64,000 nucleotides of DNA from the NCBI GenBank assembly GCA_964658305.1, contig OZ210884.1, positions 868,001 through 932,000 of the forward strand. The letters run 5' to 3'. A program made the translations under genes and the position numbers. The stretch is from Leptogorgia sarmentosa. Taxonomy: Eukaryota. The notes beneath the pieces are model-generated. The model was not told the DNA's origin and did not search any database. It was given only the letters and a program-made list of their open reading frames with translations. Within the stretch, counting starts at the first letter, position 1. Every line of letters begins with the position of its first letter. Shown piece by piece: positions 15,201 through 30,200 of the stretch.

Positions 15201-18200
15201 TATAAAAGGAACAGCTACTTATCAATCAGGTTTGAAAAAAATGTGAAGCTATGCAGTCGAATTGCATTTGGGATTGAACGTATGTAACTCCTATGTAACT
15301 CTTCGTATGTAACGAAGCAGACGAAAAATGGCGTGCTCTGAACAAGTGGTATAGACATGTTACGCCATTTTGAAACTAATGTAATTGTAGTCAATTTCCT
15401 GGACGCTGATTGGCTAAAAAGCTTCAACAATTGTGCGAATTAAACATTAATTACACAGGTGTGTAATTAATTTTTCAAATACCACGGTTTCGAGCCCGCG
15501 AAATACCAAACACGCGTGCAATTTTTCATTAATACTTCTCGAACCGTGTAATTTCCTATACAAATTTACGTCGCCTTTGACACCGCATCCTCGATCCAAA
15601 TCTGTCTTAATAAGTTCATGAAATAATTCCATCGCGACTACAAATGGTCGATGATAACGACATACAGTAGCCTATACTATCGAAAAATTGGGGCGCTTTC
15701 CATCTGCACGGTACGTCAGACCGGTCTGACCAAAAAATATTACAATATTCTAGCTTGACTTGGCTTTATTTTCAAGTCTTATATCAAAATTATCTTTGTT
15801 AGGTCAGAGCCCGGCTGCCATTTTTGAACGGTCTGCTTCCATTTAACGATCTTTCTTGCTTTTAAAATTTTTGTCAGACTGGTCTGGCCGTGAAAATTAA
15901 AAGCGCCCTTGGCATATTATAAAAACAGTTCACCTGGGCTTTCGTTCATTTCAATAAAGCTAGAGAACAAACCTTGTGCTTTATTACAATAATGGTTATA
16001 AAATGTTAAAATAAAATTCTCATTTTACAGCAGTTCAAATGCTAATCTAATCGCAACTGGTGTGATAATAAATTCCATACTGACTGGCAACAGCTAGCAC
16101 GGTATATAGAATGAAAAACAATGAATTTTATAAGTGCAACTCAACATCATTCTTTTACTTAATTATTTTTTTAAAACAGTGAAACATTTGAACTTCCGTT
16201 TAGAACATCACACATATGATATGTTTTAGAATCTAGATCAGATGCAATTTACCTCATGTCGATAGTCGAGTTCAAATACAACGCGATCGATCACCGTACG
16301 AGATGAATTATGACGGATGGAATTTATCAAATCATAAAGAGTGTAATGGAAACAAACATACTACACGCTCTGAGAGTGCAAATTGGGTGAAAGAAACGGG
16401 ATTTTGTATTCAATATATCACGTGACCATAACCAGCGAATCAAAGGGAATTATATAGAAAACAAATAATGTCAGTTTTTAGAGAAAAATAGAGAAAAAGA
16501 TATAAAATAAAATTTTTCACTCGGTGAAAGATGGACTATTCGATCTAATATTCTAAGTATTATATAAAACACACAAAACATTCATACCTTTTGATCACGC
16601 ATGTATTTTTGTGAAGCTGATAACACTTTGACGATACAAGATGATTGCTGTCCATTGTTTGCAGAACAGATAGAAATGGTTATAAAACGAATAAAAAATA
16701 TATTATTAATCACAATTTTAAATTCTTGCATAGAGTGATAGGGGGATAGAATAAAACAAACTTCAAAACTCAACAACCCACACATACAACCTATTTATTT
16801 TCAGGTTATGAAAATAGCAGACCATTTTGTTTTTCACATATATTTGTCAAGTCATTGATATATTAGTCATCGTTAATGTTCTTGGGGTAGAGTACCCATA
16901 CTTTAGCGTCTACTGTACATTATTTGGACCCTTTAAAAATGGCCCCCCTGGTCCAAACCGCGCGCTAGCAGATAAAGGAAGGCGAGTCTGTGTTCGAATC
17001 TGCTGCGACGCCGCGGTAACTAAAAAAAATACTCGTGCATCTGTTACAATACTTACACCTGCTGCTGGTGATTCCATGAGCCTTCGAACAATTTGCGCGG
17101 TATAAAGTTCTTCTGTGTGATCTGTCAGTTGACCAAAGTCCCAAACCAGCGGTCTCATACTCTCTGGCAATGGGTGGACACGGTACACAAGTTGTCGGAG
17201 TGGAATTGAACCTGGAAATGCATGCGAAATCAAGTCTCTCACCCAAAAGGTTGAAAATAGCGATACACGCGTGAGCGTCAAAAAGAGATTCGCGAAAATA
17301 AATATTTACAGATCATTATACTGGAAAACATTTTATATAATAATTAACAATTATTGGATGAGGTTTTTGTGATATGCGGAATTATCAAGGTCGAAGTAAG
17401 CGTTATCAGCCGAGCCGAAGAATAATAAACAAAGTATTAATGCATGAAAAACTTCATTTATGAAAACATAGGCTCATTTTGTACATAATTAGTTATCTGC
17501 TAGCAGATAACTGGATTTCCTGTGGGTTGCGTGATTGCGCGATTTAACTGTATGCTCTTAGCCAATCAGATTGCTTTTACCATCTACAATGTATAATAAT
17601 TACAGTTAAACACGCAATTCGAATGGTCAACGGCCGCTCAGGATCAGACAATCCTTGACAGTAGCTTTCACCTGTACGTAAAATTCTGAATGCTTATACA
17701 AGCATAATCCTCACGAGTCACGGGATTTTTAAAATGTTGGCAATAGATTAAAGTAAAATACGACAGTAACAGATTGGCTATAGAAACAACGAACAAGGGT
17801 TTCTCCTATTTATGGAAAAGAAATGAACGTTTCCCGTTGTTTCACTGTTTCACTATTTTATAAAACAATTACCAAATTACCCGTGCAGATTAGCGTCATC
17901 CATACTCTTGGGATGTGGTTTGAGTTTCGGAAAGCTAACAGTCACTCGCCTGCGGCTGTTAGCCGAAACTTTCGCCACATCCCGGCCGCGCGCATGGATG
18001 ACGCAATCCTGCACGCAAAACCATTCGGTATTCCTTTAATCCCACAACTGTCTCTTAACATTTTTATTTTAACGCATAAAAATGCCTTTATAAATCTGTA
18101 CGCATAGCACGTTTTACCAGGATATCTAGTATAACCTCGACCATGTGGCGAGTTTGATTTGCTAATTTGTTAATCACAATACATTACCTAATTTATCTTT

Positions 18201-21200
18201 CGTTTCATCAGCTGACACATGATAGCCCAACCCAGCGGATTCTAGTTTTTTAATCATTTCCTCAGTGTGTCTAAAAAAAGGCGAAATTATTGTATCATTC
18301 CCCAATTAGACAAACTTTCGAATTAGGAAAATCAATATTACGTTGATTTATATAGTTATGTAAATCGTAGGTTTGATTTTCCTCAGCATACAAACTTTCG
18401 TCTTCAGTTTTATATTTAAATTATGTATACAGTAGATGTAAGAAATATGCGGTTTTAAACGTTGGAAATGTTTTTTCCCCTTTCTTTTCTTTTTCTGTTA
18501 AAGTTATGAGTAAAAACAAAGTTTCGTTGCGTGTACGCAACTTGAATGAAAAATAAGACATTACAATAATCGCGTGAATCCATTAAATGGCAAAAAGTGT
18601 GGCAAACTTAATTTTCTTTGTAGCTAACTTACTTTCTGTATGGATTACAAGCAGCAATGAAATGCAATCTTGTCAGGTCAGGGTTAATAGCTCTTCCATT
18701 GACTCTTCGATCCACCATGATTTCTTTAATAAGATCAATTGCATCAGTTGTATTGGCCTCGTCAAAGAACAATACTGTATCAACGTCTATTTTCTCATTA
18801 CAAGAAGCCAATTTTTCCGCGTCTTCCACTTTCTTTTTGATTTCTGCATAACCCGTCCCACCATGAACCTATATATAACCCAAATCATTTATAATCAGTA
18901 GCTAGTTTACAAATATTGCCTCCAGCTTCAGAGATTTTGCTCATAATCAGTATATGTCAATGTTTATGCACACTGCTTTGCGCGGGTTACGGACCGGAAA
19001 AAAAATAAAAGACCATATTTCCGTATTTTTTAACATTTCGCCACCCAGATTCAAAATCCTACCACTTTCAGAAGGCCGTCCCCAAGAATTTGGCTTTCGT
19101 TCGACTGGATCGAAAATTTGTAGGTTTTTGAAAATTTGAAAATTTGTAGGCCAATCGAAGGTCTTTGGGATAGAACTCTATCACACGTTTTGGAAAGTAA
19201 TTGATAAATACTAAAGCTCGAACAGAGTTGCCGGCAATTTCGTACTTCTAAACGCAGCTAGGCCACGTACAACATCTCAAAGTCAGCAGAATGTTGGCTG
19301 AACTAGCCACATTTCCAGGAAAAAATCGTATGCTCGCTATGATACAGGCGTATGGTCACGGCTCGACTTCTTATGTCAAATTTAACCATTTCTAGAAAAA
19401 CTTCAATTTATTTTAAGTTTATGCGCTTATTTAGCTACAGCAAGAAATACAAATGTGAAAAGAAACGGCCAACCTTCATGAGGAGCAAATTTTTCGGTCC
19501 ATCAGGTCCAGCTTGGAGTTCACACATGAATCTTATAAGACGAGTCTTGCCACATCCCGTTTCTCCCATGATGATTACTGGTATGCCGCAGCTGAATGAA
19601 GCATTGAAAACAAATTATCCAATAATTGTTTATTATCTTCAATATGTTTAACATGTAATACCAAAAGTTTAGAGATTGTCTTTCAAAGTAAGAGCGAAAA
19701 AATATTGAAACTGAACAAAAAAAAAAACTAAAAGTATAATTATATAGTTTGTTGTTATCTTTTGAGAAAGTGAGATTAGCTATAATTATAATGTGAATTA
19801 AGTGATGAAAAAACAACAACAAATTTGGTGCTTTGTGTGAAATGAACAGGAGTGAAAAAAAAAACCCAGTAAACAATAAAGAAAACCAACCTGAATCGCG
19901 TGTGAATTGCCAAGATTTTTTCAACATTATCTGTGGTGAGTTCGTATGTGTGATCTGGATCGTACGAGGATTTGATTCCCATGACACTGCATAAGTTCTC
20001 AATATGTGCCATCCTTCCGTAAAAACAAATATGCTGATCGTTATAATTTTTCTCACAATAAAACTATGGAATGTTTGGAATGTATGGAAGAAAGTCCAAT
20101 TCAATCTAACCTGTCACGTTTCTCGTAGTTGACATCAAAATCAACGCCCTGGAGTTTAAGTTGTCCTCTCAACGTGGGATCTACCAATTCTCGCTCTAAA
20201 ACTTCCTTTGTTCCAGGATCGAGCAAATCACCATTTTGATTGAGCAGAAATCCAAGGAAAGTCATGCTGACTCGGTCGTGATTGAAAAAGATGTAAGGAT
20301 GGGGACTGTAAAAAATATTATTTCAACATTAACATTAATATTCCCGCGCAAGAGCTTCTGCTATCATATTTTGATGCTTTGTTTTGCATGGGAAATGCGA
20401 TGACGAATGATGATCACTAAAAATCGATCCGGGATTCAGCATAGCTAATTAGCGATTTCCCAATCGAGCGAAGAACTGTGTCTATTCGATGTTCCGAGGG
20501 AGAACAAGTTACAGCGAGCGAGCTAAATATATATTAAAATATGACTCAATTATAATTGTTGCATTTCAGGCTGCACAAAGATGTCATATCCGGGCCGGCA
20601 TATTGTTTATTTTTGTCCCTCCAAAACAAGCGACTGGATCAAGTCTTCTGCTCGATTCGGAAATGGCTAATTGAAAGTGAGCCTTGTATACTTTCGAAGA
20701 TAATATTCAATTAAGGTTAAAGCAATAAATATATCTTATTCAATATATCTTATCACCCCAACCTCAACCCTATATCAACTGCATGGTATTATACGAGTTT
20801 CGAACGATATAATAGCGTGCAATTCGACGAAGAGCCAACAAATAAACACCTTTTGTAAAAAATATCGTTATCCCATTCAGGTATGGGTATTAGTGTGCAA
20901 GAAAGCAAAAACGAAATAAGGCAGGAATGTTTCTTTGAAGACTGTAAGGTTGTTTTCATATTAAATAACTACCTTAATTCCCAACGTCTTCGCATTTGAA
21001 ATGGTGCTAAGTCATCATCTTGTTCTGGCAAAGACGGATATTCAACATCCATGTTATTGTCGCTAAGAGATCTGGTGGCAAAATCCTGAATGGCGAGAGA
21101 TTTTGATATTTTAATAATTCATTTTCAACATTAACATGACTTTCCAAAAAATACCTATCATCATTTGCCTCGCTTTCTTGATTTTTTTCCTACTGATTGC

Positions 21201-24200
21201 CTACTGACTGCATTCTTTTATGATTTCTATTCTGACTTGTAGCCACGACTGACTTTCTAAGCCCCTGAATAGTAGGTAAGATACTCACCCGAGACATTTG
21301 AATCATAAGACGAATTGCGAATGTTCTAAATCCTTTCAAAAGGTCACCAGTCACGGCGGTGTTACAGAAAACGCTTTTTTCACAGTCACGAAGCTGGACG
21401 CTCAAAAAGTTCACAAAGTGATACAATTCAGCCCAGGATGGATCCGGTATACCACAATATCTAAAAATTACGATTAATTTGCCACATTGTAACCGTGTTC
21501 TGCTGTGTTTTCACATAGAAATGTTATATTTCCTTACTCTCTTTGGGCATGTTTATATGCAATAATATGATTTCGTTATCTATTGCGCTAACAATGTTAT
21601 GCTAGAAGTTAATCTAGGTTTATTATATGGCTTTTCAGAATTCTCTATTCTGATTGGCTGACAAGCGGACCATATCCGGACCATGGATCGTATATTTTCC
21701 GTATCTGGACCGGTGTCCCGGATGTCGTTTTTCTGGCGGGAAATTTCGTTTTGCAAACAAAAAATATTTTTGCTTTTTAATTTTCCAATTTTAATAAAAT
21801 TTATAACAGACAAAAATTTCAAACAACCAAATTGTATTTTATTGAACACGTATGTGAACCGTATACTGTAAGGGAAACTGATGATGGCCGATATTATTCG
21901 TCTGAAAAGGATATGCTCAAAACTCAATTCAGCCATATAATACACGGATTATTGACCTCGCTTGTTCGGTGTGTACTGTAAAATTTCGGACCTCAGTCTT
22001 TTGCATTGACCTCGCTCCTTCGCGTCGCTCGGTCCATACTAAAAAACCTCGGTCTGATATTTCACAGTACAGACCTCACGCTCGGTCAATAACCCTTTAA
22101 TATTATATATATAAAGGGCGCATGTATGAAAAAATTAACAAGCTTTAAATCTTTCTGAACTTTGCAAATCGGCCAAATGTAAGTTAAGATGTTTTTCGTT
22201 GATGTAGATTGTTCGGGTACTTATAATAAAGTATCCGGGGGAGTGTCTTTTGCAACAGAAGAAAAATGACTTTCGCACGAGAGTTAAATTCCTAATAGTC
22301 ATTGTGAACCGGTTGATGGACGTTTGTAATACTGTTCAAAATTTAAGAATTCAAAATTTGCTCAATTGTAAGCCATTCAAACTGTAGCTAATATTTTTTC
22401 GAAAATTTGCTTGTGCATGCGTGATAACTTAATTTGCATATGCGAATTCAATTAGCGTCTAATTTCTATTAAAATAACTCTATAGAAACACAGAAAATGT
22501 TTTCTGTTTATTAAATGTAAATGGCTTATTCTAGAAAGTAGTCTTTCAGAGGTGACAATACAACCTTTCGAAAGAATTCAAGGGTATTTGGTAGCTAACT
22601 GAAGGATTCTCAAGCAGCGAAAATTGTGGCAAACTACGAAAAAATTCTGTTGTCTACCTATCATTCCATGAATGCAACAATTTTTATCCAACAAATATTG
22701 AACATTTGAGGTCGTATAAATGGGTATAATTTAGGTCATTCTTACTGTGTGATAATCCTCAATGCATCAGCTGAGTCACCAGTGATAGCCTCAGGTTCGT
22801 ATGTAAATGCAAACTGATCCAGGCTTGACCTTGCTGCAAATTGCGTAAGATACTGAAATGTCCGTTGATATTCTTCACTACGAAACTTTTGTATGTCAAA
22901 ACCTGTATCTCCTGCAAACAAATTGTTGAATGTAATTCAGTAAAGCCTATTTTCCACAAATTCACTAGCTATCGTTGTCTCTGAACGAAAGTCTAGAGAC
23001 TGTTAACAACAGAGAGAGTAGGGAGACACAGAAAACGCCAATATCGGCGTAAGAGAACAAAGCAATCACAACGACACTACTAACAACACTGTTATTTTCG
23101 GTCCGTTTACGGTCACTAGGCGTTCGCTTAAAAACAATAAGCGACAGCTGACGACCTTAGAAACTAGCATTTCGTATAGTTGCTTCCAAATTCCAAATAG
23201 TTTAGTTGCTTCCGGTAGAAATTCTTTGTAACACCTTACTTATAGCAATGCTTATTTGCAAATTGCCTCAATGTTTTTTCGACAAGAATGCAACTTGGCG
23301 CGCGTTCCGACGATAAAGTTATTGCTTTTAATATTTGGAATAATTTTCACTAAAAGCATTTTTTTCAAGGCGACTCTCCACACTTAATCTTGGAGGCTCA
23401 ATAAAATAGCGTTATTCGTACATTGTATTTTTGTCGTATTCTCAAAAAGACAATTTGCCACCTGTTAATTTTGTAGCATGCCCCTACTTCATCATTTTGT
23501 ATGCCAATTTCTTGAAAAAAATGGAGCCAATCATAAGTTATTTATCATGTCGAAGCATTGTCTTTAGTTAGGAAGGGAAGGGTGATAAAATAGGTTAATA
23601 GGACTTGGAGAAAATGGAACCAATCATATGATATGCATCATATTGAAGTTTTAATTTTAATTTGTTAAGATTCAAGGCAAGGGGGACGGGGAGTAATAAA
23701 AACCAACAATGAAACTTGTGTAACAGTTGACCATTACCTTCTTTATTTCGCTGCATGTTATCCAACGTTTCTCTGGGCGTTATGCAATGTGTGCGAGGAA
23801 GAAATTTCACAAACGAGTACTTATTTGTTGCAAGTCGTTTTCTCGTATTCTGTGAAGATTAAATAATTAAGAATTAATTACAGTATGTATGTCACAAAAA
23901 ACACAATCATTTTCATGGCGATAATCTTGAAGTTAGCTAAACAATGAATAGCTAACAATAATTCGCCGAAATATTGCGTTATATTCAGAGGTTGCTTGAC
24001 CAATCAGCGGCCAAGATTTTCAATAATTATTTTATGAAACAATTGGTTCTTGATAGTCGAAAAAGTAATCAATGGAATTTACGTAATACACCAGTGAAAC
24101 GAGCGATTGGTTGGTTTAGGTGTTACAATCGAAACTTGCACCTTTTCAATCGGAGGGAAGGGGGGGGATATGGGTGAAAATGCTCTACAAGAATACGAAA

Positions 24201-27200
24201 TGGCCTCAACGTAACACCAGGTATTTATTAAAATTAACTAAGATCAACACGATGTTTTGTCTACTCGATGCAAGCTTTGACGTATCAGCATAAGTTTGGT
24301 ACAACACTTTGAATGTATTTTCAGAATGCTAGCCAATTCTTTTAGGTGGCTTCCTGGGCTGCATGAACGTATGAGCAAAATAACCTCCCTTTTTGCCCCG
24401 CTAATTTGGGTTGTGGGGGGGGGGGGGGGGTAGGGGTTGATCAACCCCCTGTTTCGATCAACCCCCTATTTCACAATATTCAGCATTATATTGGTTCCGC
24501 TAATTATGGTTTGAGCGTGCACGTCATTGGCACGGCCAATGTAAATTGAACTATGAACCTTTACCTGATTGTAGTTTCCATCTGTTGAAGCATCCTCAAC
24601 TGTTAATGCTTCAAAAGTTTTGTCTGTTGTAATTTCAATAACATACATATCGGTTGGTTTTCTTCTCCACACGTTCCCGCCATCATCTTTCACACTTCGT
24701 AAGATGACAAGTTGAAACAGGAAATTATCCAGTCCTTTTGCAACCTTAATAAAATTATCAAAGGGACGTGCGTAATTGCCATTTTAGAAAAACGTGATGT
24801 GAGAGCACTAAGTAAACGTACGCTTTATAATGCATGCGGTAGACAGGTGCTGTAATACGATCAAAACGAATGCTTATCAAAATAGAACACTGTGCTCTGA
24901 ATATTTCACGAAGCGTGAGTATATGTAGAATCATTGAAAATACGATCAATACGCCGTTTTGTTATATAGCAAGTGCCAAAGTTCAATTTTCTTGATTTCG
25001 GATTGGACAAAACACGTCACGTGCCACGACGCAATCGGTCAACAATAAAACATTTATTGACCGACCGCTCAACAATGAAATTCGTGCGCGCATGCGCGGG
25101 AATTCACAAGTTCAAAGGAAAAACATGTCTGCTCGGTCGGCTAGTCGAACCGTGATATATGGTTTGAAAATTCAACTTTGAAACCCGGCTATATAACAAA
25201 ACATTTATTTACTGAAACAGAGGGAAACAGTGAGTTTTGTGTTCCCGAGACACTTTTGTCAAACGAGGCGACGTCGAGTAAATCAATCTTAAATAATCAG
25301 ATTAGGAATATTGCGTGAACGTCGTAACCCTCCCAACATGCGTAATAGACGACAACACGCCCTATATCTTCCGCGCGCTTTATCAATGAATAATTTTACT
25401 ATTTTTGATCATTACAATAATGAAAATTAACAAGCACAAAAAAGAGAGTCGATCTGACATGACAAAATTTCTGCTACTAACCGACTGAGACATGTCCAGA
25501 TGAAAAATTCTTGAAACAGGAACATCTTTTTTCACAGCATGAGAAAGAAGAGAACGTGTGACACGATCACAATCCACAGAAATTCCATGTACAGGAATGG
25601 TAGGACTTAGAGACGGCACCAAATCTTCGCGAAGTTTTTTGTTGTTGGGAAGATTGGTCACTTGTTCTGCCAAATGTTTTACTATCAAACTTTTTCCCAT
25701 ACCGGCTCTGAACGATTGAATTACACGTACAGATAGCCTAAAAAACGACAAAAGTAAACTATGAACATTGTAGTTGTGGCCGTGCAAGTAAAGTATATAT
25801 TTCGCCAAGAAAAAATGTGGGCTCAATCCAGGATTTTACTCCACGACGTTCATGCAATGATGATGCATGATAATCTTATATCGTCAAGGAGACCACGTTT
25901 TTACTTTGGTTGCGAACACTGTACAGGGGCGAAGTCAGCTAGAAAATTTGGTGATGCTATGCGAATTTCAAATTATTATCATTATTCATTTCTTCAGAAA
26001 TTGATTGTTTGTTAACTTCAAGCCAATTTTGACACAGTGTTCATGCGATCTTGTAAACCGACTAAATTTTTCGTTACCGTCTAAAGCTTCTTTCAGATCA
26101 GTGAAAATAACTCTGTTGGGTACGTATAAAAACAATAACTCTCAAAAATTTCAAACATAAAGTAAATAAACAAAGTGATTATAAACACAACTGGGACCAG
26201 TTGTACGAAAAAAGCCAATTTAACCTAAACGGTGGATAAGCCAAAATTTGATAACACTCTCACAATTCTTGTAAACGTATGAATTTAAATTTCATTCACT
26301 AAATACGTAGTGGCAGTCATAGTTGTTCTATTCCTGTTGAAAACTTTCAGTTTTGTTGTTTAATGAATAAATACACGTGTTTCTTTTTTTCAGCTTATCC
26401 ACCGTTCAGGTTAAACGGGCTTCGTACAACCGGCCCCAGAAGGCAAAGTGCACCTAGACAGTTTGGCGGCAATTCAGTTGTTATTATTGGCGTTCCTAAA
26501 TTTAATAGGTTCCGTGAGAACCACGCCTTTTCAACTTGCGTGCGCATCCTGAAACAAAGTTCTCAGCTGTTCATGCATATCGATTGGCAGGCGTCCTATA
26601 TATTTCGCGGCCGGCCCTGCATATAAACGCCTGCTACTTTCTATAAATGATAACGGCTCGCGGAACCCACCCATTCAAATTGTAAGCCGCTTCCCAATTC
26701 ATCACCTCCCCGCCCCATACGAAAAGCTATGACAAGAGATCACTTTTTATATCCTTTCGCCACTAATAAAAGAAATTTGTTCTGCCTCTCAAATTGCTCA
26801 TATTTTTAAAATTCCTTTTAAACTTTTGCTGACAGTTCGAAACAAAAATGAATTCCATATTCCGGAGGCGAATCTTTTTTCCCCAGCGACGGCGAAATAC
26901 GTTAGATGAAAAAAGCCTTTGCCACACTCTATACAAAAATTACGTCCTGCGCAAAGAATACAATGCGTGTATTGCAGTAAACCAACTATGAATTTTAGGT
27001 CACTTACTTTTCCGCGTCAACAGAGGCTGCGGGTTCCCATTCAGTATCGCCCACCATTGTACCATCTGAAACCAACAGCTGCCTTTTCAAATTAGTCTGA
27101 ATCGCCCTCATTGATGTTGGGGGGAAGTGACGACGAAGGTGAATTAAGGACGCAACCATGTTTGACTTATCCTCGTTTTCACTGCTGCAAATCACGACCA

Positions 27201-30200
27201 AGTGATATTCTAAGAGCAAAGAGAAGAGAAATGATCATTCTAGAAACTTTACTAAAATATTCAACATTGATAAAAAGCATCTTATTTGGGCATGTACCAT
27301 CCAAAATTATTTGTAACTCGATGACATGGCAAGTTTTGTTCACAAAGTATCCAAACATCTTACATATAATCTAATGACATGGAATTCCACCAGTGCAAAA
27401 TGTGTACATGTGCGGAACACTGACATATAAAACATGTAAAGAATGTCTGCGATAGCGTGTAACAAAATCAAAAAGCTGAACGATAGAAACTGATTGCAGC
27501 AAAGGCCCTTCGTTGGAACGTAGTGGGGAGGGAGACGGACGGGCGGGGGGATGCAGGCTTTTTTACACTGGATCGTGAACATTTAAAACCACACGTGAAA
27601 AAATGCCACGCCCTCTATTCCGGCCTCTTAAACATATTTATTATCAAATTTATGATTTATATTAACTATTTTAAATTTTTAATAGGGAGCTCAAGATCTA
27701 CAACACGACTTTGCAACGCGGACGTGCCTACCTAAGGTTAGTTTTTTAGTCCAAGCCTAGTCAGAGTTGCTAGAGTCTATTTCTGCGACATTTGTAACAC
27801 TGTTATAACATGCATGTTAACAGCCAAACGAAATGATAGAAACCAGGCTTTATAGACTGTCTTGTTTACGAATGCATATTTTCCCGCCAAAACTATCATC
27901 AGAGACGACGAGATATTTGCAAAAATTCGTCGTCACAGAAGTGGTAAAAACTGATGATAAAAATATCTTCCTAATATATTGCCAACCTCTCTCTTATCTT
28001 GTACTTTTATCCAGTATAATATTTCATTTTATTTACTGTGATATATTTTTATTTACTTTTGATGTATCTGCCATCGCTTTGAGAGAAAACCCAAATAATA
28101 CGACATCCGCATCGTAAACTATCGTTGATCTTAAGCTCGCTAATGTGACCGGTAAAAACGTTGCGAACAATGTCCAATGTTACGTGCGAAAATTGCTACC
28201 ACATAGTAGGGATTTTCGTACGCAAAAGAATGAGAAAGTTCAAACTTTGCAAGGCTATATCTTGTACACATTCGAACATTTTTCAACGAAATTCTGGAAT
28301 TTTATCACTTTTTTAAGGTTTTTTTCCAATGGGCATTGTTTATAATATAAGGTTTGTTTATAATGGGCATTGTCCATTGAAAAACACCGCAATATAGGTA
28401 TCATGCATACTTACTGGAATGGCCTTGTGTCAATGTTTCTAAAGAACGGACAGCCTGTTGGCTGACGTCATAGTCCAGTAGATCAGCGTTAACCAGACAA
28501 AACAACAGACCACGTTCATCAACAACTGCACGTCGCCAAAGTAGTTCTACCTATAATCGCCATAATGCCCATGTCAAGGGGTGTCGATTGCAAGTAAAAA
28601 CAACGTAAAATGTAAAATTGTTTCGAATTACTACACAAGTAGTAATAACTACTACACGTAGTTTTCAATGCTTTTTTAATGCGCCTAGTTTTGTTCGTGT
28701 TGATAAATCTTTGAATTTTTTCGGGTTGGTCTTTATATGGAACCCATGTCCTCTTATCACATTCTGAACCAGACCATTCATAACAATCCATATGCACGAG
28801 CATCTGGCATTTCATATTATAATTTATAATATTTTACATTTATATTAATATAATCACCCATGCAGCGTATAATTATGAGCAATAGTATTCTCCAATCCGA
28901 TTGGTTAAGATATACTCCCGGTAATTTGCTGATATGTTTGTGTAACAAAAAAAAACAAGATGGCGGCCCCAAAGCTAAAAGATTTAACAAACCAGAAGGA
29001 AACGGGAAATGCTTGATCGTATAAGAATAATTTGAATTGCAAAATACGCTGCAAAACGTTTGGAAGGTTATCAAAATCTGCATGATGGTCTACATATAAT
29101 GCTTTTAATAACTGGGTTAATCTACCTCTTCAACTGTGGTATTTTCGTCACAAACAATCACTTCTTCGTCAGTTGGTAAAGGTTTATCTCCATCTCCCAT
29201 AAAGAGGGACAAAACACAACCAAACACTTCGCCTAAGAAAAAATAATCATAGGACCACTGTCTCAGTATAAACGAGCTTTACCCCATGAAAATATGAGAG
29301 GCACGTCAAATGACAATTTGACAATGTCAAAGCACGAAAGTCGTGTGGGGCAAAAAAACGATAACAGTGGCCAAAATTACAAAGAAAATTAGGAATGCAT
29401 ATTTCACGACATCGTTCTTATGCCACCCTTTTATCGCCCAAAAATAGGTGACCCAATAATATTTTTTTGCACAGGGAGAATGCGGCAAACGATATATCCT
29501 TGTATGATGAGAAATTCTGATTCTTCTTTGCAGTTATGTCTCCAGTAAATCACAACAGTAGTACAGTTGACTTGTACAGTTAATTTATTCAAAAAGTGAG
29601 GACATCCGTGCCTGGATTTTCTGGTAATGAAAATCGAAATTGTGGGTTGCTATTTTCAAAACTGATAGCAACAAAACCCCGAAAATTTATTTCACAAAAC
29701 TCAAAACAAGTTGGCTTTAACAACATCGCGATAAAATTGTTGGGGATCGTTTAGACAGTAAGTAGAAAATTCGATGCTTCTTGATGCTGTCAGCCGCAAC
29801 CTACAGTGACTACACATTGACGTAGATTTTGTTACATACCTTTGGGAACAAGTAACAAGTTTGGTTCACCTTCTTTTAAGACTGCTGGTAATTTCCGGCG
29901 AGTACAAACCGACTCTACAGAATAGAATTCAATGGTCATTAAACACAACTAGTACTTTACAACAAACTACATACGCTTTTTTTCCAAAATTTAATAGATT
30001 AATAGAGTTTTGCATTGTTCATGTGGATATTGCCTGTTCGGTTTGTAACACCAACAGAAACCTTCCACTAAGAAATAATACAAGCCTACTGCACATATAT
30101 TGTTTGCTGACTTTATATTGTTTAGTTTAGTGAAACCAAAATTCATTCAATAATGACAGAAATATTATGACGAAAAATTGGCAGTTTGGGAATTTTTGTT

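Noticed and set aside
16640..16700. Possible AT-AC/U12 intron or lost acceptor
   Set aside because: The donor is GTAAGT and an in-frame CAG acceptor exists at 16648-16650
20005..20030. Apparent non-canonical acceptor (ttttacgg)
   Set aside because: An AAG at 20014-20016 gives the correct phase and protein spacing
24408..24440. G-runs as functional G-quadruplexes (also 7345-7362, 56419-56432)
   Set aside because: Homopolymer tracts typical of MITE remnants; no evidence of function
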